From assembly GCA_963754655.1 (NCBI GenBank), contig CAVWGN010000001.1, positions 1,088,001 to 1,152,000 on the forward strand: a stretch of DNA of 64,000 nucleotides, written 5' to 3'. How positions within the stretch are numbered: position 1 is the first letter of the stretch; each line of letters opens with the position of its first letter. The stretch is from an uncultured Chlamydiae bacterium (GTDB lineage: Bacteria; Chlamydiota; Chlamydiia; Chlamydiales; Parachlamydiaceae). Positions 1 to 11,088 of the stretch are shown one piece after another. The notes beneath the pieces were generated by a model. The model searched no databases and was not told the DNA's origin. It saw nothing but the letters and a program-made list of their open reading frames with translations. The position numbers were made by a program, and so were the translations under genes.

Positions 1-408
1 TTCTCCACTCTCAGCAACTCTCCAGCCTTGCACGGCCCAGCGAGGGACAAGAAAACCAGAAACAGTGGCAAGAATGCGGATAGCTGTACATACAAATGGA
101 AGGCAAAATTGAATGGTAAGGAGAGCGACAAGATTTGATAAACTTCTTATATTGAAAGGTCTTTGCTCTTCAAGTTGCTGACTTAAGATATAAAGAATAT
201 GAAAGGCAATTTCAACTAATTTTTTTGCCAAATAAAAAAGATCACTCACAACCTCTGACACTAAAAGAGTAAAAAGCCTAAAACGTGAGGGATAGCAATC
301 TTGCGCAATAGCGATATCAAAAGCTTCCAGACTTTTTTCATGGCAGAAAATTTTAAACTCATATTCATTATCTAAATTGACACAATACTGTACATCTTTT
401 ACATTCAT
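1..408 (-). CDS. Hypothetical protein, partial (runs off window start)
   Basis: Manual translation: ATG at 408 (MNVKDVQYCVNL...), open for 136 codons to position 1, hydrophobic C-terminal part. Not in the ORF track because it has no stop. Confidence 0.6.
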   Translation of the reverse strand, partial: MNVKDVQYCVNLDNEYEFKIFCHEKSLEAFDIAIAQDCYPSRFRLFTLLVSEVVSDLFYLAKKLVEIAFHILYILSQQLEEQRPFNIRSLSNLVALLTIQFCLPFVCTAIRILATVSGFLVPRWAVQGWRVAESGE

Positions 409-550
409 TGAACTTTTCCAATTATCAAATAGAAATAAAATCATAGTAAAAAAAATAGAATTTGACAACCGATAAATTATTTAAATTAAAGGAAAAAGAT
501 TTATCAGATAATTTTTAATGGAAAAATTTATTTAATTGCTTATTTTTTCA

Positions 551-1123
551 TTAGATTCTTCTTTCATTTGAATCTTGGAATGAAAGGGGAGGTTCAGTTG
601 GAGCAGAGCGAGAAGATTCTTCTTCCAAAGGAAAAGAAGCTAGATAGGCTATACTAGTGGGCGATTCTGCAATAAGAAAGGTTTTGTCTTGCACCTCCAC
701 TAAATAGAGAGTGGCGCGAGGAGAAAGATAGCGAGTTTCGAGCACTTTAATATTGCTTGCTGTGTTCAGCTGAGTCATTTTAGTCTTCATCATGCGCTTA
801 AGCGCCCAAGAAGCGAGGATCATAAATCCAATTAGCAACGCAAGAATAAACAGCATATTAAAAAACTTAGCTTGAAAATCTGATTCGCGCTCGGCATGCT
901 CTGGCCAAACGCCAGTCATTTCATCTTGATTTGTCGCATTTTGTAAGTCATGGTCAATTTGATGTTCGGTAGGTAAAAAATGATCGGATGAGCTGGGTCC
1001 AGATGGAAGAGGATGAGAATATTGATTTGTCATATTTTCTTGGGTAAAAGCCAAAAAAGGAAGACATAAAGCGCTAAGAAAAAGCAGAGGAGTAAGCAGA
1101 TAAAACTTCATAGCTATCATCAT
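551..1123 (-). CDS. FliO/MopB-family membrane protein
   Basis: Signal-like N-terminus, one TM helix (MLFILALLIGFMILASWAL), then IKVLETRYLSPRATLYLVEV, typical of the FliO domain. Confidence 0.7.
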   Translation of the reverse strand: MMIAMKFYLLTPLLFLSALCLPFLAFTQENMTNQYSHPLPSGPSSSDHFLPTEHQIDHDLQNATNQDEMTGVWPEHAERESDFQAKFFNMLFILALLIGFMILASWALKRMMKTKMTQLNTASNIKVLETRYLSPRATLYLVEVQDKTFLIAESPTSIAYLASFPLEEESSRSAPTEPPLSFQDSNERRI

Positions 1124-1193
1124 AACTGTTAAAATTGAAACAGGTCTTAATTCTATTTAAGCTAAGACTACCTTTAATAAGGAATTTTTTCCT

Positions 1194-2063
1194 ATGTTTT
1201 TTCATCTAGTAAGAGGAATTATTGCGTTAGATATCGATGGGACAGTGACTGCTCAAGCGCATGGGTTAGAATCAAATGTAATAGATGCTTTAGATCGATT
1301 TGCAAAAGAAGGCTGGTTCTTTATTTTTATCACTGGACGACCCTTTCAGTGGGGCTTTCTAACATTAGAGTCTTTGCCCTTTTCTTACGCTTTAGCAGTG
1401 CAGAATGGAGCTTTATTGCTTGAAATGCCTTCTCGTAAAATTCTTACTCGCAAGTATTTGACTCGAGAAATTCTTCCTCAATTAGAAAAAATCAGTCAAG
1501 AATGCGAAACAGATTTTGTGATTTACTCAGGGCTAGAAAATGATGATTGGTGTTATTATCGATCTGCTTTTCTTCCTGCTTCTTTGCAAAATTATGGGTT
1601 ACAACGAGCTGCATTTTTAGGTGAAAAATGGCGAATGCTTCAAGCTTTTTCCGACTTACCTGTCCCTCGTTTTTCTTCCGTCAAATTTTTTGCCAAAGAT
1701 AAGCATGCTTTTACGATCAGTCAAAGAATTGAAAAAGAATTGGGCCTACATGCTCCTCCCAATCGAGATCCCTTTAATCCCGATTTCTTTGTTATTCAGG
1801 CAACACATCCACAAGCAAATAAAGGATTTGTTTTAAAAGCATTTATTCAAAAGATGAAATTTTCCGGACCTATCATTGCTGCTGGCAATGATCATAATGA
1901 TTGCAGTATGTTGCAAGCGGCTCATGTCAAAATTGTGATGGCAAACGCTCCGCCTGATGTATTGGCAATGGCTGATATTTTAGCTCCTCCTGCGAGCCAG
2001 CAGGGGATTATTCAAGGATTAAGCGACGCCATTTATCGCTTAAAAGGAAATGCTTGTGGTTAA
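1194..2063 (+). CDS. Cof-type HAD-IIB hydrolase
   Basis: Motif I ALDIDGT, motif II ITGR, K in ANKG, motif IV GNDHND. Confidence 0.9.
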   Translation: MFFHLVRGIIALDIDGTVTAQAHGLESNVIDALDRFAKEGWFFIFITGRPFQWGFLTLESLPFSYALAVQNGALLLEMPSRKILTRKYLTREILPQLEKISQECETDFVIYSGLENDDWCYYRSAFLPASLQNYGLQRAAFLGEKWRMLQAFSDLPVPRFSSVKFFAKDKHAFTISQRIEKELGLHAPPNRDPFNPDFFVIQATHPQANKGFVLKAFIQKMKFSGPIIAAGNDHNDCSMLQAAHVKIVMANAPPDVLAMADILAPPASQQGIIQGLSDAIYRLKGNACG

Positions 2064-2466
2064 GCGGCCCTTCGTTTTAGCTCAGCTTAATCGGCAGTCA
2101 TATGGCATTCTTGGCATTCATCAGCATCAGATTTCTTGCATTGTTGGCATTTATCCTAAAGAGCGTCAGCATGAGCAAATGCTGATCATCGATGCTAAAG
2201 TTAAGTTGGATCTTTCGCGCTGCCTTGCTTCGGGTCAAGTGCAGGACACAATCGATTATGTCTTAATCGCCCAGCTTTGCACAGAGTTGGCTCAACAAAA
2301 GAAATATTTTTTATTGGAAACATTTGCATCAGATATTTTGGATGAGTGTATTGGGCGCTTTCAAGCTGTTTGGGCGTGGGTGTGTATTCAAAAGCCCGCT
2401 GCTATCCCGAGTGCTGCTTACGCCTACGTCGAGCTAGAGCGTTTTAAGGAATCTATTGAGGAATAA
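2050..2466 (+). CDS. folB: Dihydroneopterin aldolase
   Basis: IVGIYPKER...Q, TIDY, LLETFA, IQKPAA motifs. Confidence 0.85.
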   Translation: MLVVKRPFVLAQLNRQSYGILGIHQHQISCIVGIYPKERQHEQMLIIDAKVKLDLSRCLASGQVQDTIDYVLIAQLCTELAQQKKYFLLETFASDILDECIGRFQAVWAWVCIQKPAAIPSAAYAYVELERFKESIEE

Positions 2467-2469
2467 GCC

Positions 2470-3171
2470 ATGTGGACACTTGTAACAGGAGGAGCCAAAC
2501 GACTAGGGGCGGGTTTATGCCTTGCTTTAGCAGAAAAGGGGCATTCCATTGTCGTACACTATCGACAGAGCGAAAAAGAGGCCCTTCAAGTTGTTGCTCA
2601 ATGCCAAGCTTTGGGAAGAGAAGCTGCTGCTATCCAAGGGGATTTTAGCTCTATTGCAAACGTACAAGATTTTGTTCAGCGCTATTTGCAACAGTTTTCA
2701 GAGACGCGTACACTGATTAACAATGTAGGAGATTATCTCATTCGCTCTGCCTTGCATACCTCAATTGAAGATTGGATATCTCTTTTTCAAGTCAACCTCC
2801 ACACTCCTTTTATGTTAACAAAAGCCCTAGTTCCCTCCTTGATTCGCAATCAAGGACAGATTGTCAATATTGGCGTTTCTGGTCTTTATCGCCATGCTGC
2901 CAACACTTACGCCACTGCTTATACTTTGACTAAGCAAGGATTATGGGGACTCACATTAGCTACAGCACGTGAACTTGCATCGCACGGCGTACGTGTCAAT
3001 ATGGTTTCACCAGGTCAACTGGATATTTCAGTAGATCGCTGTCCTCTGCCCATGCAGCGATGTGCAACTTGCTGGGAAGTCTGCCGCGTGGTAAACTTCT
3101 TGCTTGATTCTGAAAGTGCTTATATTACCGGACAAAATATTGAAGTGGCAGGAGGACTAGGACTTGTATGA
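2470..3171 (+). CDS. SDR oxidoreductase, pteridine reductase/FolM-like
   Basis: LVTGGAKRLG (pteridine reductase-type Rossmann motif), YTLTK (YxxxK), ITGQNI; adjacent to folB. Confidence 0.75.
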   Translation: MWTLVTGGAKRLGAGLCLALAEKGHSIVVHYRQSEKEALQVVAQCQALGREAAAIQGDFSSIANVQDFVQRYLQQFSETRTLINNVGDYLIRSALHTSIEDWISLFQVNLHTPFMLTKALVPSLIRNQGQIVNIGVSGLYRHAANTYATAYTLTKQGLWGLTLATARELASHGVRVNMVSPGQLDISVDRCPLPMQRCATCWEVCRVVNFLLDSESAYITGQNIEVAGGLGLV

Positions 3172-4670
3172 CACTGGCATCAAAGGAAACACCATCTGAT
3201 CTTTTAAAAGGATTAAGTGAATGGGCGCTTGCGGCTGGACGTTATTTTATGAGCGAACAGACAAATTATGTCCATCTTTACTATGGGGAAAGAGAGCAAA
3301 AGGCTCAGACAATTCCCTTGGTTGAAAATGTTCTATTTGTCCTTGCTTTATTGCGTTCCCGCTTAGTCGAACAAGTTCAAGAAGCAAAGAAGTTGCTTAA
3401 GGGATTATTGATTTTCCAAAATGGGCAAGGAGAAGATCGTGGCAACTTTCCCGTTTATTTGCATGAATATCCCGCTTGTCATGATTCCACTTTAGCTCTT
3501 CAATTGCTTGCTCCTTTTTATTGGATTCTCAAGCAATTTGGACATGTATTGGGATTAGATCTTAAACAGCAGCTTGAACAAGCGGCTTATTTGGCCTTAG
3601 AGCAAAGCTTGCGATTTCATCAAGTCAAACCTTTTTCTTATTCGATTGCTGTACGTTTAGCTGCTGCTCAATTGGCTTATGGCTTACTTTGGAAGAATTT
3701 AGCTTGGCAGCAAATGGGAAAAGAAGAATTAGACCAACTGGCTCAACGCCAGTTAGAGGGCTGGTATACAACGAGGCATTTAGCAGATGTGTTAATCGGA
3801 CTGCAAATGGTTTATCCCTCTTTATCCACAAGTCCTTGGCATCTTCTTTGGCAGCGTATGGAGCAAACTTGGCATGCTCACCTCGCTTGCTACATGGGGC
3901 CTTGCGTGCGAGAATGGCAAGAGAATGAAGAGCCACAAGTCAATCTTTATGATTTATTTGGCGGTTTTTTTGCGGGCCAATTTTCGCGGCGCGCCACACT
4001 TTTAAGTTTGCATCATTTACATGGAATTCTGATTCAACCTTGTCTAGAGAAGTTTAACTTAAATCTTCCTTCTTTAGAGGTGCAAGGAGAGTTAAAAAAA
4101 CAAGCCTGGCACATTGTGTGTCGTTCAGACTGGGCCTATACTGTATTAGAAAAAAAAGAACCTTATCAACCTGCTGTAGATAAGACTCATACTCCTTTTC
4201 GTTTGATTTGGGGAGATTTGCATCGCATTCATTCCCTTATTTGCCAGGGTGGAAATATAGAAAAAGTTGAATATCAAGAGGGAGGGTGTTCTTTACTCTT
4301 ATTTTTTGATTTAAGAGATCATTTACCCGAAGAGGAAAACCATCCTAAACGTGAAGTCGAGTTTTTTGTCGACTTTCATCCAGATATTCGGTTTTATCTA
4401 AATGGACATGCTTCAACGACTTTTGAATTAGGACAGAAAATTAAAGTTTCATTTGCCCACCAACAATTGGAGATGGTTTTTAGTTTAATTGAAGGAGAAG
4501 GAGATTTTTTGGGACATGTCATGCGGAGTAATCGTCCTTCGCAAGTTAATCAAAAAGGAGACAATCGATTTCAAGCTTTTGATTGGACATTTTTTCTACG
4601 AACAATACGACGTCGAGGTCATTGCAAATTACAAGCATCGCTAAGCTTTCAAAAATTAAATAATAGCTAG
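3168..4670 (+). CDS. Hypothetical protein (500 aa)
   Basis: Long ORF with ATGA overlap to the upstream SDR gene; no recognised motif. Confidence 0.75.
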   Translation: MTLASKETPSDLLKGLSEWALAAGRYFMSEQTNYVHLYYGEREQKAQTIPLVENVLFVLALLRSRLVEQVQEAKKLLKGLLIFQNGQGEDRGNFPVYLHEYPACHDSTLALQLLAPFYWILKQFGHVLGLDLKQQLEQAAYLALEQSLRFHQVKPFSYSIAVRLAAAQLAYGLLWKNLAWQQMGKEELDQLAQRQLEGWYTTRHLADVLIGLQMVYPSLSTSPWHLLWQRMEQTWHAHLACYMGPCVREWQENEEPQVNLYDLFGGFFAGQFSRRATLLSLHHLHGILIQPCLEKFNLNLPSLEVQGELKKQAWHIVCRSDWAYTVLEKKEPYQPAVDKTHTPFRLIWGDLHRIHSLICQGGNIEKVEYQEGGCSLLLFFDLRDHLPEEENHPKREVEFFVDFHPDIRFYLNGHASTTFELGQKIKVSFAHQQLEMVFSLIEGEGDFLGHVMRSNRPSQVNQKGDNRFQAFDWTFFLRTIRRRGHCKLQASLSFQKLNNS

Positions 4671-4714
4671 CAACTGCAAAAGAAATTCTTTTAACTGATG
4701 GCCCAAAAATCCCA

Positions 4715-5173
4715 GGTGTTTTTCTAAAAAAATTTGACACTTGCAGCTCTTCAGGCTGCATGACACAACTCACTCATACCCAGGGTTATGGTGTTCATTT
4801 TGTGCAAAAAATGAGCTTTATTTTTCACAATAATTGGCATAGTTGAATTGAAGGTCGCATGTTTATGCCGTCCTTTCAGGACTCGATATCTTTTTGATAG
4901 AACCCAGGCCTCCGCTTCGCTGCGACCTGGGCTGTAACATAACGGCCCTTCAGGCCTTAACAAGAGATGTTTAAGTCCCTCTTCTATAGTCCCTAAATCA
5001 TCTTTTTGTTAAGGCCTGAAGGGCCGTTATGTTACAGCCCAGGTCGCAGCGAAGCGGAGGCCTGGGTTCTATCAAAAAGATATCGAGTCCTGAAAGGACG
5101 GCATAAACATGCGACCTTCAATTCAACTATGCCAATTATTGTGAAAAAATTAGTATAAGGTGGTTAAGTACTA
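4715..5173. mobile_element. Composite palindromic MITE/REPIN-like element (P1, copy 1)
   Basis: Perfect 143-bp inverted arms 4821-4963 and 5006-5148 around a 42-bp loop; second copy at 23039-23426. Left flank 4715-4780 matches 61021-61080. GTGGTTAAGTACTA at 5160-5173 matches the end at 23468-23481. Confidence 0.9.
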
Positions 5174-5478
5174 AATGGTCATTAGGAAAGTGCAAAAGCT
5201 CTTATTCAGGTGAAAGAGTAGTTAAGATAAAACTTGCAGAGGAATTAAGAGACGTAAATCGATTTATTTTATTTAGTTTCAATGGGTTAAACATTTTAAA
5301 ATAAACGGATTCTATCTTTCATTCGCGTTTAAGAATTAAAATTGTAAAAAGTTGAGAGTATTCTTTCATTTCAATTCATTGAAGATTTATTAGAATAGAA
5401 ATAGTGATAAACAAATCAATAATATCCTCTTATTTAAGAGGAGGTGATTTGTAAATTTATGACCCATAAGGAAGGCAT

Positions 5479-6561
5479 ATGATTCCAATTATTACATTTT
5501 CAAATGATACTGATAAAATCCCACATTTAAAAAATTTAAGAGAAGGAGATAAGAGTGAAAAGGAAGAGTTGGAAACACAAGTTTCTGATTCTTTTCTAAA
5601 ACCTCCACGCAGTCCGCGGAAGATTAAATATTTGAGTTCTTCGCATAATTCTTTATTTTCCACTACTGAGTATGAGGAAACAAATAAAAACTCACTGACT
5701 AAAGCGTCAAATGAGTCTGAGTTAGAGCGTGATTTAAAATCCTTACGCAAAGTCACTAGAACTAAAAGCAAAATTAAGAAAGTCACATCAGACCAGATGT
5801 CTCTTTCTACTTCGGCACCGTCACCAAGTTTAAAAAAACAAACGACTCAACCCTTCAATTTTACAAATTTATTGAGTCCCTCAGTCATTAAAAAAGAAAA
5901 AGAAAAAGAAGTTTTGACTCCACGACAAACAGAATCGATAGCTTGTTCCAAAGATAAAAAAAAAGCTAAAAAGATTAAAGACACTAAATCTATGGAGAAT
6001 TTAGCATTAAAAATACCTCCCTTCTTTCGATATTCGCAAACAGTAGCAGAAAAAAAGAATCAAGATAGACACTCTTCAAATTCCACTCTATTTTCAAATG
6101 AACAAGAAATTTCCATTCAAACATTAAAAGAAATTTTAAGTCATAATCAACCTATTTCATTCAAGCAAATTTACCACATTACTTCTTTGCTAATACCATC
6201 TGGAGCTTATAATTATTTACATCTAATGTGCGAAGAAAAATATGCAGAAGAAAATATTGAGTTTCTATTTGATTATCTTCATTGGATTCATACCCAAGAA
6301 AATCAAGCTATTTTAAATCATGAAGTCCTTGAAGATTTGATTGAAAAATATATAAATAACGATACAGAGAAAACTATCAATATTGAAGGCAACTCGCGTT
6401 TGTTAGTTATCCAAGCTTTTAAGAATAAAAATTTCAATGAAGTTGCAAGACTCTTAAAGGAAATTAGTGAAATGATTTCATTGCTTCTTTGGCTAAATAT
6501 ATTTTCTGAAGCTTTTGCAGAAGACGAAACACAAGAATTAATTTTAAAATTCATTCTTTAA
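5479..6561 (+). CDS. Putative effector with S/K-rich N-terminus and C-terminal RGS-like domain
   Basis: CEEKYAEENIEFL...LIEKYINNDTEKTINIEGNSR resembles the RGS motifs E(F/Y)SEENIEFW and EVNID. Confidence 0.65.
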   Translation: MIPIITFSNDTDKIPHLKNLREGDKSEKEELETQVSDSFLKPPRSPRKIKYLSSSHNSLFSTTEYEETNKNSLTKASNESELERDLKSLRKVTRTKSKIKKVTSDQMSLSTSAPSPSLKKQTTQPFNFTNLLSPSVIKKEKEKEVLTPRQTESIACSKDKKKAKKIKDTKSMENLALKIPPFFRYSQTVAEKKNQDRHSSNSTLFSNEQEISIQTLKEILSHNQPISFKQIYHITSLLIPSGAYNYLHLMCEEKYAEENIEFLFDYLHWIHTQENQAILNHEVLEDLIEKYINNDTEKTINIEGNSRLLVIQAFKNKNFNEVARLLKEISEMISLLLWLNIFSEAFAEDETQELILKFIL

Positions 6562-7228
6562 GTAGGAGAGGCTTATGGGAGATACGATGGCAATCGGTAA
6601 GATGCAATTGCTGTTGTTCAATTTTGATTTTAATGAATCCGCAATTGTCTACAATCCAACGCCTTTTTGGAGTAAAGGACAGATGGTCAAGAAAGGCGCG
6701 CAATACGCCGCCATGCGAAACAACGAGCAGGGATTGCCCTATATAGTGAGTTGCAAGGGGAAATAAGAAATCGGTGACGCGTGTGTAGACAGAATGTGTT
6801 GTCTCGAGTTCTGGATGCCAAGCAGAATGAATATAGGTTTCTTGATTTAAAGCCTTTTCCGAAAGAAGAAAGGGACGGATTCTTTCTTCAAATTTGTCTT
6901 TATTAAGGCCTTCTAGTGCACCCGCGCTTCTTTCACGAAGAGCAGAGGAAGCCATCACAGAAAGAACACGTGGCTTAAGAATCAACTCAGCTGTTTGCTG
7001 TGCTCGAATTAAATCGGAAGAGAATACAGCAGAAAAGGGGATATCCGCTAATAATTCTCCTAAATGAGCCGCCTGGGAAATTCCTGTGGCATTCAAGGGA
7101 ATGTCAGTGTGCCCTTGAATGCGCTCTTGAAGATTCCAATCTGTTTCTCCATGCCGAACAAAATAAATTTCACAAGCCGAACAAAAGGTATTCATGCAAT
7201 TGACATTTTTTCTTTGATTTGTAAACAA
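6551..7228 (-). CDS. Histidine phosphatase (phosphoglycerate mutase family)
   Basis: [28 protein letters not shown]. True start may be 7195. Confidence 0.9.
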   Translation of the reverse strand: MFTNQRKNVNCMNTFCSACEIYFVRHGETDWNLQERIQGHTDIPLNATGISQAAHLGELLADIPFSAVFSSDLIRAQQTAELILKPRVLSVMASSALRERSAGALEGLNKDKFEERIRPFLLSEKALNQETYIHSAWHPELETTHSVYTRVTDFLFPLATHYIGQSLLVVSHGGVLRAFLDHLSFTPKRRWIVDNCGFIKIKIEQQQLHLTDCHRISHKPLLLKE

Positions 7229-8133
7229 GGGCTATCGATAGCCACTCCCATGGCATGTAATCCATTATCGACATAAATAATCGAGCCTGTAACTGCAGAA
7301 GCGAGAGGAGAAGCGAGAAAAGCAGCCACATTGCCAATTTCTGAAGCTTGTAATTTCTTATTGGATAGAGGAGCATTTGTTTCTGAATAATTAATCATGC
7401 GATCAATAAATCCAATTGCTTTTGCAGCTCGACTGCCAAGAGGTCCTGCCGAGATGGTATTGACTCGAATATTCCATTTTTGCCCAGCTTCCCAAGCCAA
7501 AGTGCGCGTATCGCTTTCAAGAGCTGCCTTAGCTGAACTCATTCCTCCACCATAGCCTGGAATAATTTTTTCAGAGGCAATATAGGACAAAGAAAGAGCT
7601 AAGCCAAAAGGATTCATTAGTGGACCAAAATGAGCAATTAAGCTCACGAAAGAGTAAGCAGAAGAACCTATAGCGGCTAAATAGCCCTTGCGGCTAGTGG
7701 CAAGAAGGGGATTCTGCACTTCAGGAGCATTGGCTAGAGAATGAACGAGAATATCAAGTGTTCCAAAATCGCGTGCAACTGCTTCTGCAACTTCGGAAAT
7801 GGTATAATGGCCAACATCTTTATAGCGCTTATTCTCACGAATTTCTTCAGGAACTTCTTCAGGTCGATCAAAGGAGGCATCTAATGGATAAATTTTAGCA
7901 AATTCCATCAAAGAACCATTAGATAGACGGCGGGAAGCATCGAATTTGCCAGCGTTCAGACTCGTTGTAAAAATTTTTAAAATGGGAGTCCATGTTCCTA
8001 CAAGAATCGTGGCTCCTGCTTCAGCCAAAGATTTAGCAATTGCCCATCCAAAGCCTTGATCATCTCCAATGCCAGCAATAAAGGCAATTTTGCCTTTGAG
8101 ATTAATTTCCAACATAAATTTACTCTCTCCCAT
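7192..8133 (-). CDS. fabI: Enoyl-ACP reductase (plant/chlamydial type)
   Basis: [41 protein letters not shown]. Confidence 0.95.
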   Translation of the reverse strand: MGESKFMLEINLKGKIAFIAGIGDDQGFGWAIAKSLAEAGATILVGTWTPILKIFTTSLNAGKFDASRRLSNGSLMEFAKIYPLDASFDRPEEVPEEIRENKRYKDVGHYTISEVAEAVARDFGTLDILVHSLANAPEVQNPLLATSRKGYLAAIGSSAYSFVSLIAHFGPLMNPFGLALSLSYIASEKIIPGYGGGMSSAKAALESDTRTLAWEAGQKWNIRVNTISAGPLGSRAAKAIGFIDRMINYSETNAPLSNKKLQASEIGNVAAFLASPLASAVTGSIIYVDNGLHAMGVAIDSPCLQIKEKMSIA

Positions 8134-8315
8134 TCTTAATGTAAATCAGAGACTATTTTAAAGAGTTTTTTGTTTATTGCAAATGATATTAATTCTATTT
8201 AAAAGGAGTATTTCAACTTATCTCCTTATTCTAATTTAGGCATTTTAACTTAAATTTTTTTGACATTGATTAGGGGAGAATGCCATCATCTATTCAATTT
8301 CCAGATAAACGAGTA

Positions 8316-9110
8316 TTAGCTTCCCGCAGAGTGATAACGACGCACTCCTAGCTTCCATAGCTGGCAGGCACAGTAAAGAAATACAATGCCGGTAAGAGGA
8401 AAGAGGAATCCCATCCAAAAAGGTTGAGGCTGGTGGCGCAGCATGATGGCTATGGGGTAATAAGCCACGCATCCTAAAGGGATGATAAAGGTGAAAAAAA
8501 GGCGAAATCCCTCGTTATAAATACTCAAAGGATATTGTCCCGATTCCAATCCTCCATAAGTTGCAATATTCATCAACTCCAATGTCTCAGTTGTCCAAAA
8601 GGAAAGGGTAGCTTGAATAATAAATAAAGCATAAAAGAGACTGCCTGTTCCAATCATAGCTAGCACTAGCATGAATCCTTGTGAGGAGAATAACGGCAAT
8701 TGCAGTTCGCGGCAGCTCCAAAGTAAAACAACCCATCCTTGCAAAAAACGCCCAATTCGCATTGTCTGAAAATCATGCGTGGCAATTTGAAGGAGGGGAC
8801 TACGAGGCCTCAAAAGAACGCGATCAAATTCGCCATGTTTAACCATTTGGCTAAAAGAGTCAAATCCTCTTGCAGAAGCTTCGGCAGCGGCAAATCCCAT
8901 ATGCATAATTCCATAAATTAAGGCAAGCTCTGCTAATGTCCAACCTTGAACCATTTTGAATCGATCAAAAAGCACCCAAATGCCAAAAATATCGATAAAT
9001 GTTGAAAGAAAGTGCGTTACTGACAACATGAGAAAAGAAGCGCGGTATTGCATTTGCGATTTTATCGCAATTCCAATTAACCTAAAGTAAAGGCGGATAG
9101 CTTCAAGCAT
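8316..9110 (-). CDS. ABC-2 family (DUF990-type) permease
   Basis: QYRASF, GEFDRVLLRP, YPLSIY, about 6 TM segments. Confidence 0.85.
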   Translation of the reverse strand: MLEAIRLYFRLIGIAIKSQMQYRASFLMLSVTHFLSTFIDIFGIWVLFDRFKMVQGWTLAELALIYGIMHMGFAAAEASARGFDSFSQMVKHGEFDRVLLRPRSPLLQIATHDFQTMRIGRFLQGWVVLLWSCRELQLPLFSSQGFMLVLAMIGTGSLFYALFIIQATLSFWTTETLELMNIATYGGLESGQYPLSIYNEGFRLFFTFIIPLGCVAYYPIAIMLRHQPQPFWMGFLFPLTGIVFLYCACQLWKLGVRRYHSAGS

Positions 9111-9113
9111 GAT

Positions 9114-9905
9114 TTATCCCCCTTGAATCACAAAGTGATTGATTGCCTTTTTTACAAGAAGTCTGCCTGCCCCTACGAATCCTAATACCCAAAAAAACTG
9201 GAAAGCAAAATAAGAAAGAGCTTCGCTGCTTGGAATGATACCTGTATACAGGCGGCAAGGAATATCAATGATACAGCGGAAAGGCTGAATATTTAAAAAG
9301 GATTGCATCCATTCTGGAAATAAGGGCAATGGAACAACCATTCCAGAAAAAACAACCACAACATGGGGGAGCAATCGTAAAATTCCCTCTCCCGATACAG
9401 TCCAAAAAAGCGTCATGATGACCAAAGTAGTAATAGCAGAAGAGAGCAAGGCAGAAAACACTAAAGAGACGCCAAAAGCTGCCGCTGCTGGCAAAGAAAT
9501 CGGCTGCGCAAGACCGAAAAATAATTGTGCTAGAATAAATAATGGAATACTACGCAATAACGTGGGAATCAAACGCATTGCCATTGAGCGGCAAAACCAT
9601 AGCCAATAAAGATCTAACGGACGAAGAAGCTCAAATGCAACATTTCCACTTTTCACTTGTGCTTCAACTTCTTTATCAATATTCCAAGGGAGCAATTGCA
9701 GCAATGTCTGGCCCATCCAAATGAAAGTAATTGCCTGTTCTAGAGAGATAGGCTGAGTCTCAGAAGCTTGAGCATAAAATGCCGTCAAAATCATGACTTT
9801 GATAATGCCCCAAAAAAGCTGAGTCGAAAGCCCTGCAAGCGCTGCTGCCCGGTATTGAAGCAAGATGGCAAAACGCGCTTTGAGAATGGCAAGGTAAGCT
9901 TTCAT
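9114..9905 (-). CDS. ABC-2 family (DUF990-type) permease
   Basis: QYRAA, GNVAFELLRP, SGMVVPLPLFP. Confidence 0.85.
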   Translation of the reverse strand: MKAYLAILKARFAILLQYRAAALAGLSTQLFWGIIKVMILTAFYAQASETQPISLEQAITFIWMGQTLLQLLPWNIDKEVEAQVKSGNVAFELLRPLDLYWLWFCRSMAMRLIPTLLRSIPLFILAQLFFGLAQPISLPAAAAFGVSLVFSALLSSAITTLVIMTLFWTVSGEGILRLLPHVVVVFSGMVVPLPLFPEWMQSFLNIQPFRCIIDIPCRLYTGIIPSSEALSYFAFQFFWVLGFVGAGRLLVKKAINHFVIQGG

Positions 9906-10885
9906 ATATTGACATCTCGATAAAGCTTGGCAATAATTTCTTCAATCGGAGGATTTTCCGCATAAAGATCGCGGATAGCATGCCGTGTAGCGATGCGGTT
10001 AATCAGTTGGGTTGTAGAAGTAAAGTTAGGATTATAGCTCAACCAGACACGATGCCCTTCTTGTTTGACAATCTGAGCTTGCGAATCGCTAATTGCGTCA
10101 TATTCATTTTCTAGATCAATGATCAAACGCCGTTCAGGAGCAATTTTCTTGCGAAGATCCGCAAGAGAGCCATCTAAAAAGAGGCGCCCTTCATTCAAAA
10201 TAAGAACACGAGTGCAAAGTGATTCGATATCATCCATATCATGTGTCGTCAGCAAAATAGTTACTTTTTTTTCTTTATTGAGATAACGAATAAAATCTCT
10301 TACAGCTAATTTACTGACAGCATCTAATCCGATTGTTGGTTCATCAAGAAATAAGATTTTAGGAGAATGTAGCAAAGAAGCTGCAATATCGCAACGCATC
10401 CGCTGCCCAAGACTGAGCTGGCGAACGGGAACATCCAGTAGCTTAGAGAGTTCTAGAGTATCAATCAGAGAAGTTAAAGTGCGCCGATAAGCCTCACCGG
10501 AAATGCGATAGATATCTTTGAGCAAATCAAAAGATTCAATAACAGGCAAGTCCCACCAAAGCTGTGTTCTCTGGCCAAAGATTACTCCTAGCTGCTGGAC
10601 AGTTTCGATCCTATGTTGCCAAGGTGTCTTTCCCATCACTTTTACATTACCGTCATTTGGGACAAGAATGCCAGAAAGAATTTTAACTGTCGTACTCTTT
10701 CCTGCACCATTGGGGCCGATATAGCCCACTAATTCCCCTTCCTCAATTTGAAATGAGATGTGATCAAGAGCCGTTTTAATGGTATAGTCGCGCAAAAAAA
10801 GGGAGACCAAGCCACCAAATAAGCCCTTCTTACGCTTTGGAATTCGGAATTCTTTACACAAATGATGGACGGATATCAAACTCAT
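9902..10885 (-). CDS. ABC transporter ATP-binding protein
   Basis: Walker A GPNGAGKST, signature LSLGQ, Walker B LFLDEPT. Confidence 0.95.
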   Translation of the reverse strand: MSLISVHHLCKEFRIPKRKKGLFGGLVSLFLRDYTIKTALDHISFQIEEGELVGYIGPNGAGKSTTVKILSGILVPNDGNVKVMGKTPWQHRIETVQQLGVIFGQRTQLWWDLPVIESFDLLKDIYRISGEAYRRTLTSLIDTLELSKLLDVPVRQLSLGQRMRCDIAASLLHSPKILFLDEPTIGLDAVSKLAVRDFIRYLNKEKKVTILLTTHDMDDIESLCTRVLILNEGRLFLDGSLADLRKKIAPERRLIIDLENEYDAISDSQAQIVKQEGHRVWLSYNPNFTSTTQLINRIATRHAIRDLYAENPPIEEIIAKLYRDVNI

Positions 10886-11088
10886 GACTTTCTAACTTTG
10901 AATAGAAGTGCTGAAGAAGTGTATAAAAATTTTTTTTTATTGACAAGAACCAAATCAAGATAGAGAGGTCAACCTGTCAATGCAGGAAAATCAAAAATAT
11001 TAAACTAAAAACTTAATATATATATGATAGATATGCTATTGAGAATAGATATTGGGTTTTTTTTTATCAATTTCAATATAGGGGGTTT

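Noticed and set aside
4751..4963. 70-aa ORF MLRPEGPLCYSPGRSEAEAW
   Set aside because: Lies wholly within the palindromic element; a by-product of the GC-rich repeat.
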